Shown in pieces: positions 1 to 12,922 of a stretch of DNA of 64,000 nucleotides; position 1 is the stretch's first letter, and every line of letters starts with the position of its first letter. The notes under the pieces were generated by a model that did no database searches, was not told the origin of the DNA, and was given only the letters and a program-made list of their open reading frames with translations. This DNA comes from Antedon mediterranea (lineage: Eukaryota > Animalia > Echinodermata): positions 3,467,812 to 3,531,811 of the forward strand of contig NC_092675.1 of assembly GCF_964355755.1 (NCBI RefSeq), written 5' to 3'. A program made the position numbers and the translations under genes.

Positions 1-3000
1 GCCATATACGTAGAACCATGATATAAAGAAATATTCTTTATACTCCGTGGTATAACATTACTTAGTGGAATATAAGGCATTGATAATTTAATTAAAGATT
101 ATAGTAAAATACCTGCTTACCTACTGTGAGCAAAGTAATTACAAGAAATAATGCTGTTTAGTATTTTCATACCTGGTTAAGATTACATTATAAATTGCTT
201 TGATATTTTTATTACAAAATTATGACAAGCAAATTGATGTTATTATTTTGTAAAATTTGCGAATTAATTTACTGTTACTAGGGATAGTATGCATTACCAT
301 GACATTATTTGGTTGTCAATTGTCAGCTCCTAGTATTTCTCGGAGTATCTTAGTTGACATTTTGATTTTTACACATTCATTTGTGAAAATAAAGAAAATA
401 TTTTAATAACATTTATAGAATTGTTTATGATTATGTTTTTATTGCAATAGAGTAGGGGGTTAATTATTTCAGTTTGATTGGTAAAAGTTTTAGACATATT
501 ACATGTACAGTATTAGTTTTAGAGAAAATCTTTATTATATCATCATAATGTCTACATAAAATGTGCAAATAAAATAATATAAAATATAACAATATTCTAT
601 CTATGTTTTTTTTTATTGCAATATGTTTACTAACTCATTACTCATTAATAACATTACATATATATTTTACAAACAATTTGTTTATCTTTTCAAGACATGC
701 AACTATTTAGTTGTGTAGTAGAAATATAGCACAGAATGACTGTAAAGCTCTGTCTACACTATCAAACTTATGTGACAAAAAAATGTGATGTGTCCATACA
801 GTAAATGCCATATGATGTCATATCACTACCATATTTGGGTATATCACTACCATATTTGGGTATATCACTACCATATTTAGGCTCAGTACATATGTAGTTG
901 TGCGACTCGTGGTCAGTACCTAAGCATTTGTGTGGCACTGTTGTTCTTAGTACCTACATAATTGCATGGCGCATTGTGAAACACTAATAGTGAACATTTA
1001 CATTGTTTTAGGATGAATTACTGTATACGTTTTGGAGAATTGGAAAAATGTACTTATCAACCTCATTAACTATCAGTACAAATTATCTAAAGTGTATAAA
1101 AATTACATAATTCAATCTGAATTACTTTATCTTGCATCTAAATCTTTTTCCACAATAAATACAATAGCTACACATAATGAATCTCAGTATATCATTACTC
1201 CATTATGAAAATACAAAATACAGACCTATATTACTTTTTACTTTGATAAATGGCACAAATACATAATTGACATTACCTAATATATATTATCTTTATTTAA
1301 AAATCTCGACTGGTTAATGGACAGGAATATTTTGCGAATATCTTCATTGAAAGACCACTTACTTTACAACAAACACGCTATTCTAAATGTTTACTTGTTT
1401 TTTTTTAACATTGTGTACTGTGAATTTTACTTTACTGGCATTCAATACTTTAGGACCAGAAATAAAATAGTTTTTAAAATTTCAAAAATTTTAATTCATG
1501 TACAACATAAACGATCTGTACAGAAGCAGTTAACGGTGCTAGATGTTAAAGAATAATATTTTACATATGCTTACTGGAAATGGGGACCATATCAAAATTA
1601 TTCTACTGCAGTCACTGCAGTAACTACATTTTATTTACTCTTAACCTCTCTTTTTTGGGGTACAGAAATCAACCCTTCTATTGTAGTGACTGCTTCATGA
1701 ATTTCCATACATAAAACAAAGCCATTTCATACATTACTGCAGTAAAAAATGTAGCTACTGCAGTAGAATAATTTTAACATGAACCCTAACATGTACTGTA
1801 GAAAGACATTATAAAGAATGTGAGACTACATCATAAACAAACGATCACGTTGTTACGTGATATTCTACACTAAGAAAACAATATTTTCAATCAATACTGT
1901 TAAACCTAAAGTGGACATTAAAGGATCTATTTCAAAATGGCCTTCCTTCCCTCGGTAAGGACAAATAGGTTATTTCCATGGCAAGTTTACAAGAGGGCAC
2001 CAAAGGAAAGTGGACACACATATTCAGGGGACATTCCTTTTAAGGGGACACTTTCCCCATAAAATAAACGGAGGGCAATATAATTGGTTTTTTTTGTATC
2101 TGAAAAAAAACACATTCTGTATGTGTCAGTGGCGTAACAGCCCATAGCTTAAAGGGCCTCACATCATGTGCATACAATGCAACTATAAAGTGTTAGAGGC
2201 CCCCTTAGGAGTGCTAAACCAGGGGGGCCTTTCCCCCTGCATTACACCACTGGTATGTGAATAATGGGCCAGTTTTGTTGAGAAGGAAAGGCTGCAATAG
2301 ACAAACTACTAAAACCATTCTTTAGGGTCGAGTGTTTCAATGCAATTAAACCAATCGCAAAATCAATACTTTCTGCTCATGCTTAAATAACTTTTTGCAT
2401 TAATGTTGAAATTAATTCATCAAATTAGTTGCTTATGCTTCTATTATAGATGCAAATTTGACATTTACTATCATTATGAAGATTAAAAATACCATAGCAA
2501 CCTGATAACACAATATTAGTATGGAAATAACAAATGTGTGTTGCTATGGTAAATACTGAAGTGCTTTGAATATTACTAATAATACGACCTGTATACGACC
2601 TGTATACGACCTCAATAAAATGACCTGTAAATGTCTCTAATAATGTGATTTTTTGATGTTATTCAGCAATATCTTAAAAGATGATACAAAAGGAAGGTAT
2701 TTAAACAACGTACAAGTTTTAAATAAAATGGATTAAAAATATTTTAATATTTTTGAAAAAATGGCAAGTCAAGCCCAGCCTCAAAATAATATAAATTCAA
2801 AAGACATATTTTTACCTCAAAGAAGTGAAAACAGAACATATCTGCCATTTTTTTCATAAAAGGATACAAATATTAACAAAAAAAAAGGTGTTTCATGATC
2901 AGCACCCTGTTTCTCCACCCTAAATACGCCAAAGATATAATACGTTAAAGATAATATCCAATATATTGTCCCCTGAAAAAATAATTTTTAAAAATGTTTA

Positions 3001-3299
3001 TGCTGAATATGCCATTTTGATGTCCCATATTTAAATAGTTATTCACTTTGACAAAAAATTAGATTAAAAAAAACAAATTATTTAACTGAAAAAAAAACGT
3101 AATTTAAAGAGAAAAAAAAGTCAAATTGACTTGAAGTCAATGAGGTTTTGGTTGAATTTAAAGGTTTATTTCATCTTTTAAGTAAAAATATTTTTTGTAG
3201 CTTTTTTTTTCTATGTGATGAATTTTATTAAAACTGTAAAATTCTATTCATTTTTTTATATTAATCTACATTTTTCATGTTTTGGGGGAACAATGCACC

Positions 3300-6200
3300 T
3301 TAACAATCACTTTCTAAGCCAATTCGTAAGAATCTTTTATTTGTTGCTTCCTTCATAGCTTTGTCAAAATCACTTAACTTAAAAACAGGTCCCACAAGAC
3401 TCTCAAATGGATACTTGTTGCTGTACTTTACAATGAAGTCAATGCCTTCTTGAAGATGTTCTGGTTTGTAGCTGTCAACACCTGCAAAATAAATTATGCA
3501 AAATTAAAAGCATGGGCTTGTTTGTTTTTTATTTGTTGCTTATTCATCAAATACAAACTTACAAATACATATACCATATATCCTTGGTAATAATCCCACT
3601 TCAGTTCTAATCCCACCACAATCACTTTATGTCTGATTTCACAAACAGGCATATCCCCAGGTATAGTCCCATTATTGACTTTTGATCCGGATGTAGGCCT
3701 CTCTCTAGCCAGTTCAGATGCCTGAATCAGGATTTCCCCGACCCACCCCTAAAGTCAGCCCAATTTCGTGTACTAGTTGAGTGGGATTATAATATACCGT
3801 ACGGTATACAAATCACAGGATGAGAGCAAGAGAATAAACCTATAAGCTCTATAGCATGTCCATAGGGGTTGCACAGACCAAGCAGCCTATATTTGAAAAT
3901 AAAAAATAATATATCAACTGCATTTCTGCTACGTCTGTGCTAAAAAAAATGTGGTGTTCAACGAAAAACATTAAAATTTAGCCAAATTAAGCCAGATGGA
4001 AATGGTCAAGATGCTACAGTAGTTGACTCAAGGTCAACTTCGGTCTATCAATCAATCATTTTATATGTTGCACACAGATTAGGTTCCAATACCCAATCAA
4101 ATGTCTATCCAACATTTAAACGAGGTACAGTAGTTCAAATTTGTCCTGTTTTTGCATATCCCAAACAATAAAGATAATTTATGCACATTATTCATTGTCT
4201 CAATATATATTTAATGAGTTACATACACATTTGTATTGTGTCTAATACCTGGTTGAATGTACAGTACAGAGAACACCATTGTTGAATTCTTATTTATCAG
4301 TATAATTTTAATAATTCAAGTACAAAAGCCATCTATATTCATAGATTTTTTTCTTTTTCTGAATTGACGTCAAGTATTAAAAATATCAAGATCATTGTTG
4401 TAATGGGGAATATATTATGTGGATACTGGCAATCAATGACAACTTGTTTATAACTGATTGTATTGACATTTTCAAAATACATTTTGCATTCATTTACATA
4501 TCTTCATCTTCAATTTGCTAATGCCATGATGTGTTTTAACATACTTAATTTCATTTTCATATTTGATGGTTTTTAAATTTGCCAATATCATAATTTAGAG
4601 TATATTTATTTAAATAAAAAAAAAATTACACTTCATTAATATTTGCTGATATATAATTTGTTGTGATAGTATAATTTAGAATACAATTACAATTCGTATA
4701 AACATCGCGCTTTGAATAAACGCTGCGGGGCCATTTTCTCGAATAAATGCCCCACCACATGTATACACAATATTGTATTACAACACATTTCTATTTGTAG
4801 TAGAATTCATTGATTGACATGATATTACCAAGCATTTTGATACAATTTTTACTGTATTTTTAATTATGTTGTACTGTATTTTTTCATATCTAAGGGGTAT
4901 TATATATGTTACCATATATTTACACCCTAAAAAAAACCTCCCCCAAATAAATGCCTCTCCCGAATAAACACCTCCCTCAAATAAACGCCCCCTAAAAACA
5001 TACCTGAACAATAAAAACCCTGGGGCATTTATTCGAAATAAATACAGTATTTCAATTTCAAAACACAGTCTATACATTCGACTGGCTTTTAAATTGTCAA
5101 TATCATAACATTTGTCTAATAACAAATTGATTCAATTCAAAAATGTAGTCTACACTTCATTTACATTACATAATATCATGACTTTAAATTATAGTAGAAT
5201 CTCTCCTTTGGAACCTCTATTAAAGGGACACTTTCCCATGAAACAAACTAGAAATATATATTTCAACACAAGGGCCTACTCCTATTCAGGGGACACCTCT
5301 AATACATTTTCTTAGGTCCAGAATTTAAAATTGGATTTTCTTAATGGTAAGATGGAAAGAGTGTAAATGTATAGTGGTAATCGATGACTGCATATATTAC
5401 ATAATTACCAAAGTGGGCATTTGATTGTTGTACGGTCATACCACACTTAAGCAGCGACACATCCAAACAATATGCCTATTCCTGCAGTGAATATGGACGT
5501 ATATCCACTCAACACATGCAAGGCTATAAACATATTAACATCCCTCAAGTGCCATCATGTATTGTTGATTTTTATCTCATCCATTGTGTTCAATGACAGC
5601 AGGGAAAAATATACTGATCAAAACAACTATTATATTTTATTTCATGAATAATTCATGGTCATAGAAATTATTATTAGACATTGGATTCACAAAAGTACCA
5701 TGTACATAGATTTAATCATATTCGTTTCTATACAGCGACAGGGAGGTGGTGGATGGTTGACCCTCTGGAGTTTTGCATTTTCTTTTGTCTGTGTGGAAAT
5801 TTGCTATTTTGATTATGTAAAAATATAAAATAATAAAAATTGATATATGTAGACCTGCAGAATAATACTGTGTAATGATTACATATGTTATGACCAAGCA
5901 GCACTCAATGATCTTTCTTTAGACACTTTATCTGCGTAATCTATGCTATAAGTTTGCTCTGAATTGTTCAAAAAGTATTCATTTTGGAAAATGGTTTCCA
6001 GTGAAGAATGTAAGTAACATGAAACTAAGATGTGTAAAGTATCAACAACCCAAATGCAGAGTTGAAAGATATAGAAAAAATGCAATACCATACCTTATCT
6101 CGCTTCTAAATGAATAATCATTATGTATCACTCAATATTCAGCGCTGTACAGCTATGTTATTCTTATTGGTCCTTTTTAGTGGTTTTTTCAATTTTCTAA

Positions 6201-9200
6201 TTTTACTATTTTAAGCTAAACTTTTTAAATGGTCCTGTATAGTATTTTTGGTATCAATTGAATCCTTTTTGATATATAACTACTATTGATTTTATACTTT
6301 TATACAAATTTTAATATTGGGAAAATGTAAATATCTTTGTAATTCAGCTAAGGCTGCGATGATGATATTGAAATAAATGAAATGAAAAAAAAATGTATAG
6401 ATGTAATTATTGGCCGTGATAACCTATGATCACGGTCAACTTTGAGCACTTCTTGTGGATATGTGCGATTTATAAATTATTATTACTATTATTATTATTA
6501 TTACAGAATATAAAAGCAATTGTACCAAAATAAAACTTTTACAGAATAGGTCTATAGATAATAATAAATTTATTAATTTAACTAAAAAAATGTAATGATA
6601 GAAAAATATTTTGATTTGCAACATTTTGCAAAGTCAACAATTTTTAGATAATTTCTTATCTTTATAATAATGTGGTTGAATTATTCTTTGAATAGACACA
6701 CCTCTGAATGTATGGTTTCCTGTGGGAAAGAGGGTTAAACAGTTCTGCAGCAGTATGGTATAACATTTACAAAAATACAATTTGATACAATTGAGACATA
6801 CATTTGAATGTAAATATTAGTAAGGGCGTGTGGCGCATTATGTTGGATGTTCGACTACTAATCGTGAGATTGAGGTTCGAATCAAACTCTCGCCGCATTG
6901 CTTGTATCCTTAGTCAAGATACTTTACTTACGTTTGCCTCTCTCTACCCGGGTGTATAAATAGGAACCCTGTTAGATCAAGACACAACTTTGCGCTGATT
7001 ACTAGCAGCATTATGGGAGTATGTATCCATATGTGTTTGATCCAAAAAAATGACTAGGATAATAATGTTCAGCGCTTAGAAGTTTCACAACATTAGGCGC
7101 TATATAAATCCAGGATATTATTATTGTTAAACAAAATTTGAAGCTACAGTAGAACTCCTCATTTGGGTATGCTTATTAAGGGGACACACCCCTATTAAGG
7201 GTACACACCCCTATTAAAGGGACACACCCCTTTTAAGGGGACACACCCCCATTATGGAGACAGTTACTACCTTTACCTTTTTTATAAACTTTCCCATGAA
7301 AAAGGGGTATGTTTTATATGGCCAATTCCTATTGAAACACTCGCTACACTCGTATTAAGGGGACACTTTTTTGGTGTCCCCTTAATAGGGTTTTACCATA
7401 TTACTAGCAAGTACTGTAGGATGTTAGTGGCTGGGAAATAGACGCTTGGTATTAACAAATATTTCATTTTACGGTCTTGAAAATCATAAGATTAATAAAA
7501 TATTATCTACCTTTGATGGTGAGACATTTATTGACCAGCTGGTTCACTGTGACATTTAAACTTGGGTTGTTTTGGTTACGACCAACCAATACATATACAC
7601 CACCTGGCCGAAGAAGTTGGATGCCCTCTGGTATCACTGATGAATCGCCACACACCTGTATGCAAATTAGATATATTTCTATTCAAATGACTTGGAAATA
7701 CTAAATTAAGGTTGATCTGGTTGATTCTATCATATGAATAAGGTTATATTAAATTTAGATTAATACTTCACTTGATATTAAGTTCATTGAGTATGGCATG
7801 GATTTACAACAATGGATAATAAATAATGGATTCAAATATATGTGTGAGCTTTTAAAAATACAATGACTGTCTCAAAGTACAGTGGATGAGGTGTAACAAA
7901 CACATCACCTTTCATTACCCCCTAATAAAAATAATATCCTTGATTTATATAGCGCCTATTGTTGTGAAATCTCTAAAAGCGCTGAACATCATCACTATAG
8001 TTCACATGGCTGGCTTGATCATGATCAGTAAGCTTGATCAGTAAGCATGATCAATTGTCAATGTAAACCTAACTAATGATTGCGATGATGATATATAATA
8101 TTAATTCTATTTTAGGTACGGATATTATTGAAGATGATAACAATGATACTGATTGACAAAAAATAAATTATTACCTCAATAACAATATCGACTGATTCAT
8201 CAGTAGGGTAATCACTTTTAATTCCTAAATATAAATAAAATATATAACAATTAATTAAATTTATTTAGCTAAGATGAGAATAAAAACCAAGATCAACCAA
8301 GATTCGGACCAAGGATCCTCTCCTTGACATGCAGGCATCTTACCATTAAACCACTGTTTATTACAAACAATATAAAGATACATATTTTGACGCTTCTAAC
8401 ATTAACATAAATTATTGTAACAAAGAGCGTTCAAATTTTTAAACTAAAGCTTTGTCTACACTATTAAACTATTGTAGTTTGACAAAAATGGTGTGATGTG
8501 CCCAAATATGGTAGTTTTATGACATCATCATGTATGGGCACATCACACATTTTTTTGTCACATAAAGTTTGATAGTGTAGACAGAGATTTAGGACCTCAA
8601 AACGGCACTTTAATTTGATGTGGTAATTAGAAGAGAACGAAGAGAATTTTATTGATATGCAATCCCAAAGAATTTATTTTTAAATGTGTGGAATTTATTT
8701 GATTGCTCCATGATACCACTCATCTGTCAGTATTTACCTTAAACCACTACCTTCCAATTCACTTTCATCTCGATTTATTGGCATGTCATAGAAGTAATGT
8801 TAGCCAAATTTAAATGAGATACTAAAACTTGTTTATTACGGAAATTATAGAAATATATAAAACAGTATTCCTCAACTGCATACATCAAAATTTGGCCTCG
8901 TGTCAAAAAGTTACTGTATTTTTAAGAATTAAATTTACCAATTATAATATTGAAAAATAAAAATCTCGTTATTATTAAAAAAATCAAGAATTTCCAATTC
9001 AATTCAATATTTATTTCGCCCAAAATCAGAAAACATTAAAATATGTATAAAAAGTATCATTTGGTCGAGGGACGAAATAAAGACTCAAATAAGTCTGTCA
9101 CTGTCGCCCCTTCTCATAACACATAATAATTATATAATGTATGTAAACATAAAAACAATTTGTACAACAAACAGTTTGTAAGGTTTAGGCCTACTTAAGG

Positions 9201-11937
9201 GTCTTTCACAACTGTTCCGGTGCGGTTCTGGTCCGGTGCCGACAAATGCAATAAAACGCCAATTTTTTGTTGTTACGCGGCCACACGCATATCGATTGTC
9301 GCGTGGAGCATCGTGAAAACACAATATTGGCAATCAAATCGCCGAACCGGAACTATGCTGGAACAGGTGTAAAAGGCCCTTTAAACATGAATAGCTAGAC
9401 TGCTGCATACTTAAGTCAACCTTGAGTTGAGTTGATGTGATGTGTTTGCACGATCAATATAAGTGCAGTGATGAAATATGAAAGTTTACCTGAGACTTGG
9501 CACCAAAATTTGGAGAGGTGCGGACGAAAAACTTTATAATGAACCTTGGACAAGTACGGATTACTTACGCATATCAATTGGTACTCCTCCAAACCAATTT
9601 ACTAATTTTAACCGTTCTGAAATATAATCTGTACAATAAACTTTACTATAGCCTGCTTGATGTAGTATAGCACAACCATATATGCCAAATAACCCTGCAC
9701 CCTGCAAACAAATATATTTTCATCAAATTAAATTAATACTGTAATTGTAGGTTGGAAAGTTTCTTCAAGCTCTGTGTACACAAACTTTTTGTGACAAAAA
9801 AATGTGTTGTGCCCATATATAGACATGATGATGTCATATCACTACCATATATGCATATCACTACCATATGTGGGCACATCACACTTCTTACAGTTTAAAA
9901 ACTACAAGTGTAAAATATTACAAAAAAGAGAATGCTGAGATTGGGGGGTGATGTATCAAAATGTTCAGAATTGTACTGGGAAGGCTTTAAACTACATGTA
10001 AAATACGGTACAATTTATATATTTATTTTATTTCATCAAAACCAACAGCAACAAATGTTGCCACTTAAAGGTATAAAACAGAAAACAGATACAATAAAAT
10101 TTGTAAAATTTGTAAAATATACTTGAGATTATTCCATTTAATTTACCTGTATTAAAACTTTCATATTTTTAATACCATCTTTAGGTAACGTAGACAAAAC
10201 ATGCATCATCGTAGCGATTGCAGAATTTAACGGAGCGGCCATTTTGTCTGTAACGCTATCTGGTATTTTGACAAGCCTTGTACCCTTTGTTAAAATGATG
10301 TGAGATGCAAAACATCCGCTGAAACTCTGACTACAGTTCAACATTCCTTGGCCATACTGCAGAAAAAACAGTTGTGTTGCTGTCAGAACAAATTCCCATT
10401 GTGTATACAATGTTTTAAACATTTACATCAATGGATAATAAATAATGGATTCAAATATTTGTGAGCATTTAAAAATACAATGACTGTCTCAAAGTACAGT
10501 GGATGAGGTGTAACAAACACATCACCTTTCATTACTATTGTTGTGAAATCTCTAAAAGCGCTGAACATTATTATTACCAGTCAGTATGGAAACATAGGCC
10601 CCTACTCCCATACTGCAGCTAGTAATCAGCACAAAGTTGTGTCTTGATCTAAGGGTCCCTTCACGTCACCAAGCGGCATTCATTTTGTTCAAATTGATAC
10701 TTTTTTAACCCACTTTTTACTAGCAAATGCACATGTCTCGTCAATTTCGTACAGAGCCTCATTTTCATTAAATGTGACGCGAATATTACATACCATAAAT
10801 TTGTTATAACATCTTTGTTGGAAACCATGTTGACAACATTGACACTTTGAACAAGCATCGTACATACAGAACGAGACACGGTCACCTGACTTGATACCCT
10901 CCAAATCCAGACTGCTGCCTACTTTGACCACTTCACCAACAGCTTCATGACCCAGTACACTATACAATTGATCAGAAAAAAAAATGTTTAAATAGTTTAA
11001 ATATTGGTGACTATACTACGAGCAAAGTGGTCTTGCTTCTAAGAAAATTTTTTAGTTTTCTCTCTAATCCATTATTATGGACTGGGCATTAATAATGGCC
11101 ACTTACCTTCACCGCCGCGCAGCTGGTTTATTTACTTTTTTTAATTGGGTAACCAAGCTACATAGAGATTGAGGTGCAAAAGTGCAGTATCTTAAATTGA
11201 GCTTGGTTCGACCCTTCCCCAGGCCTTTCCCACTTGCATTGTGACTAACAACGTCCACTAACAAGTGGAATAATGTTTTGACAGTCATAGCGTGATCATT
11301 TGTAGAAATAAAGTGTGAGAGAATTATGACAGCGATTCCTTTTTTATGTGCGTTCCATGTTATTTTGTGTTAAAACTTCTCAGGGCGATGTCATCAGAAA
11401 TTGTGCAAAAGCGTTTCTTGCACAATTTGCAATTAAACTGCACTGCACTTAAAATAAGTTATACCTGCACAATTTGAAATAAACAAGAAAACCTTAGCAG
11501 AATTTACAATTGCGCAAAGAAATCCTTGCGGGATTTGGAATTGCAATCGCACATACTAAATAAACAGTGTTAAAGAAAAGAACGGATTGTAGATACAACA
11601 AGATTACTAGTTTTGATACAGGCCGGTTGTACTTAAATATGTAGTAGCCTTGGCAGTCCATATTTAGTACAGTAGGCCTACTTTTAAACACACAGCTACT
11701 TGTTGAGTCTGTGGCCAGTCAGATGGTCTTGATTGATGAGGCTTACCTCGGAGTTTTAGCTTTCGAAAGCCCCTGTAGAATTCTCAAATCATATCCGCAT
11801 ATTGTGGCAAGCTTGATTTTGACAAGAACCTCGTCTGGTCCAATGTTTCCTAGATTTATCTGTGTGTTTTCGGTCATAAAGCAAGGGGTTCGATCAGTTC
11901 CAAAAAACACTACTCTCTGTGCTGGTACGGAAGCCAT
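3300..11937 (-). CDS. Zinc-binding alcohol dehydrogenase (MDR superfamily), 7 coding exons
   Basis: Exons 11747-11937, 10794-10959, 10147-10356, 9569-9701, 8175-8224, 7511-7655 and 3300-3481 join in frame with GT-AG ends. Motifs: ATICGYD, VLGHEAVGEV, structural-Zn CSKCQCC..C, Rossmann VLIQGAGLFG, C-terminal GVDSYKPEHLQEGIDF...ESDC*. Confidence 0.9.
4682..5050. mobile_element. Degenerate pogo/mariner-like MITE
   Basis: Repeated gaataaa(c/t)gcc motifs and the terminal ggggcatttattcgaaataaatacagta. Confidence 0.5.
6824..7124 (+). mobile_element. tRNA-derived SINE with CORE-like central domain
   Basis: A/B-box-like head (gtggcgcat..., ggttcgaatc), body ccttagtcaagatactttac...cccgggtgtataaatagg and tail ggcgctatataaatccaggatattattatt. 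A 5'-truncated copy lies at 49213-49445, with fragments at ~10535-10660 and ~13530-13590. Confidence 0.8.
7146..7400. mobile_element. Tc1/mariner-like MITE family with AGGGGACAC repeats (related fragments ~2020-2060, 5190-5300, 53045-53735, 60212-60335)
   Basis: Starts ta|cagtagaactc, has repeated ttaaggggacac and an inverted gtgtccccttaatag near the 3' end. Confidence 0.6.
7800..7995 (+). repeat. About 150-190 bp segment duplicated in two ADH introns (second copy 10422-10570)
   Basis: caatggataataaataatggattcaaatat...ctcaaagtacagtggatgaggtgtaacaaacacatcacctttcattac occurs in both. Confidence 0.85.
9197..9382. mobile_element. Short MITE in an ADH intron
   Basis: Imperfect TIRs aagggtctttcacaactgttcc / ggaacaggtgtaaaaggccctt. 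Confidence 0.65.
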
Positions 11938-12922
11938 TTCATCTGCTGTGCAGCTCCAATCTCCTGCTGGCTTGTTGTTGTTGTGTCTTCCACTTCCGCC
12001 GGCCGTCGTCGGCAAATTGTTTATTTACGTTTTTGATGGAAAAAAAGTTTCATCAAAACAGCCGCCGCCCATGGTTTGGTGATTTGGCTGGAGAGGGCGC
12101 AACGCTAAATTTATGCTTGGTATATCAAGTTGCGACCATCATTCATTCAACTATTAACCAACCATAAATATAAGCCTACTGACACGTCGATAACTGTCCA
12201 GATTAACTAAATAAGAAAATAGTGGTTATTAATCCACCTTAGACGTACAGTACAACATTATCTTGTAGCCTACATTATAATTATTATTTATTTTATTAAT
12301 CAGTCCTGTACTGAAACTTGTATCACAAACTTTCTTCTCTCAACACAATTTAAAGTACAGAAACATTAAAAAAATGCAGATATAAAAGGATAAATCTTAT
12401 CAAAGAGTTGCAACGTTATAAGCAATCAAAAGTTCAGTAGAGGGTGACCATTAAAAAAAATTACTTTCTAAAAAATGACATACTACTGTGTCAATGTAAT
12501 ATCGTCATCTAAAATATTCGGCATTTAAATAGTTCTATCTTATACATACTGTACCATATTTTATTATTTCATATGAATTATGTGAACTAAAAGAATGAAT
12601 TTGTTATTGAATAAACCAGACCTAAAATTATATTCGTTTGTAAAAAAAAATATGTTTATATTTTATCGTCCATCGTTATCGTCCTAGTGTGTGAGGCCTA
12701 GCAGCCTTTATACCTCATGCTCACTTTGCGTCATTTAACCCATCTTTATTTTCCGGTCAAAGCTTTTTGTTATAGGTAAATGTCGCTATTAAATAATTTT
12801 TTTAATTTGATTTGTACGTAATAATAGACAATTGCTTTGACTGTAATTCGTTCGAATTGAATTTCTCCGCCATTTTGATGTAAGATGTCGAGATAGGTGG
12901 TCGACGTCAAACTTCTGATACA

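Noticed and set aside
1-2940. ORF 1317-1556 and other short AT-rich ORFs in non-genic regions
   Set aside because: No domain similarity or consistent splice structure; composition matches intergenic DNA with repeat remnants.
11711-12167. Plus-strand ORFs over ADH exon 1, and the TTG-initiated N-terminal extension to 12015
   Set aside because: Antisense shadows in a GC-richer 5' region. The ATG at 11937 fits the family N-terminus, and nothing supports a non-ATG start.
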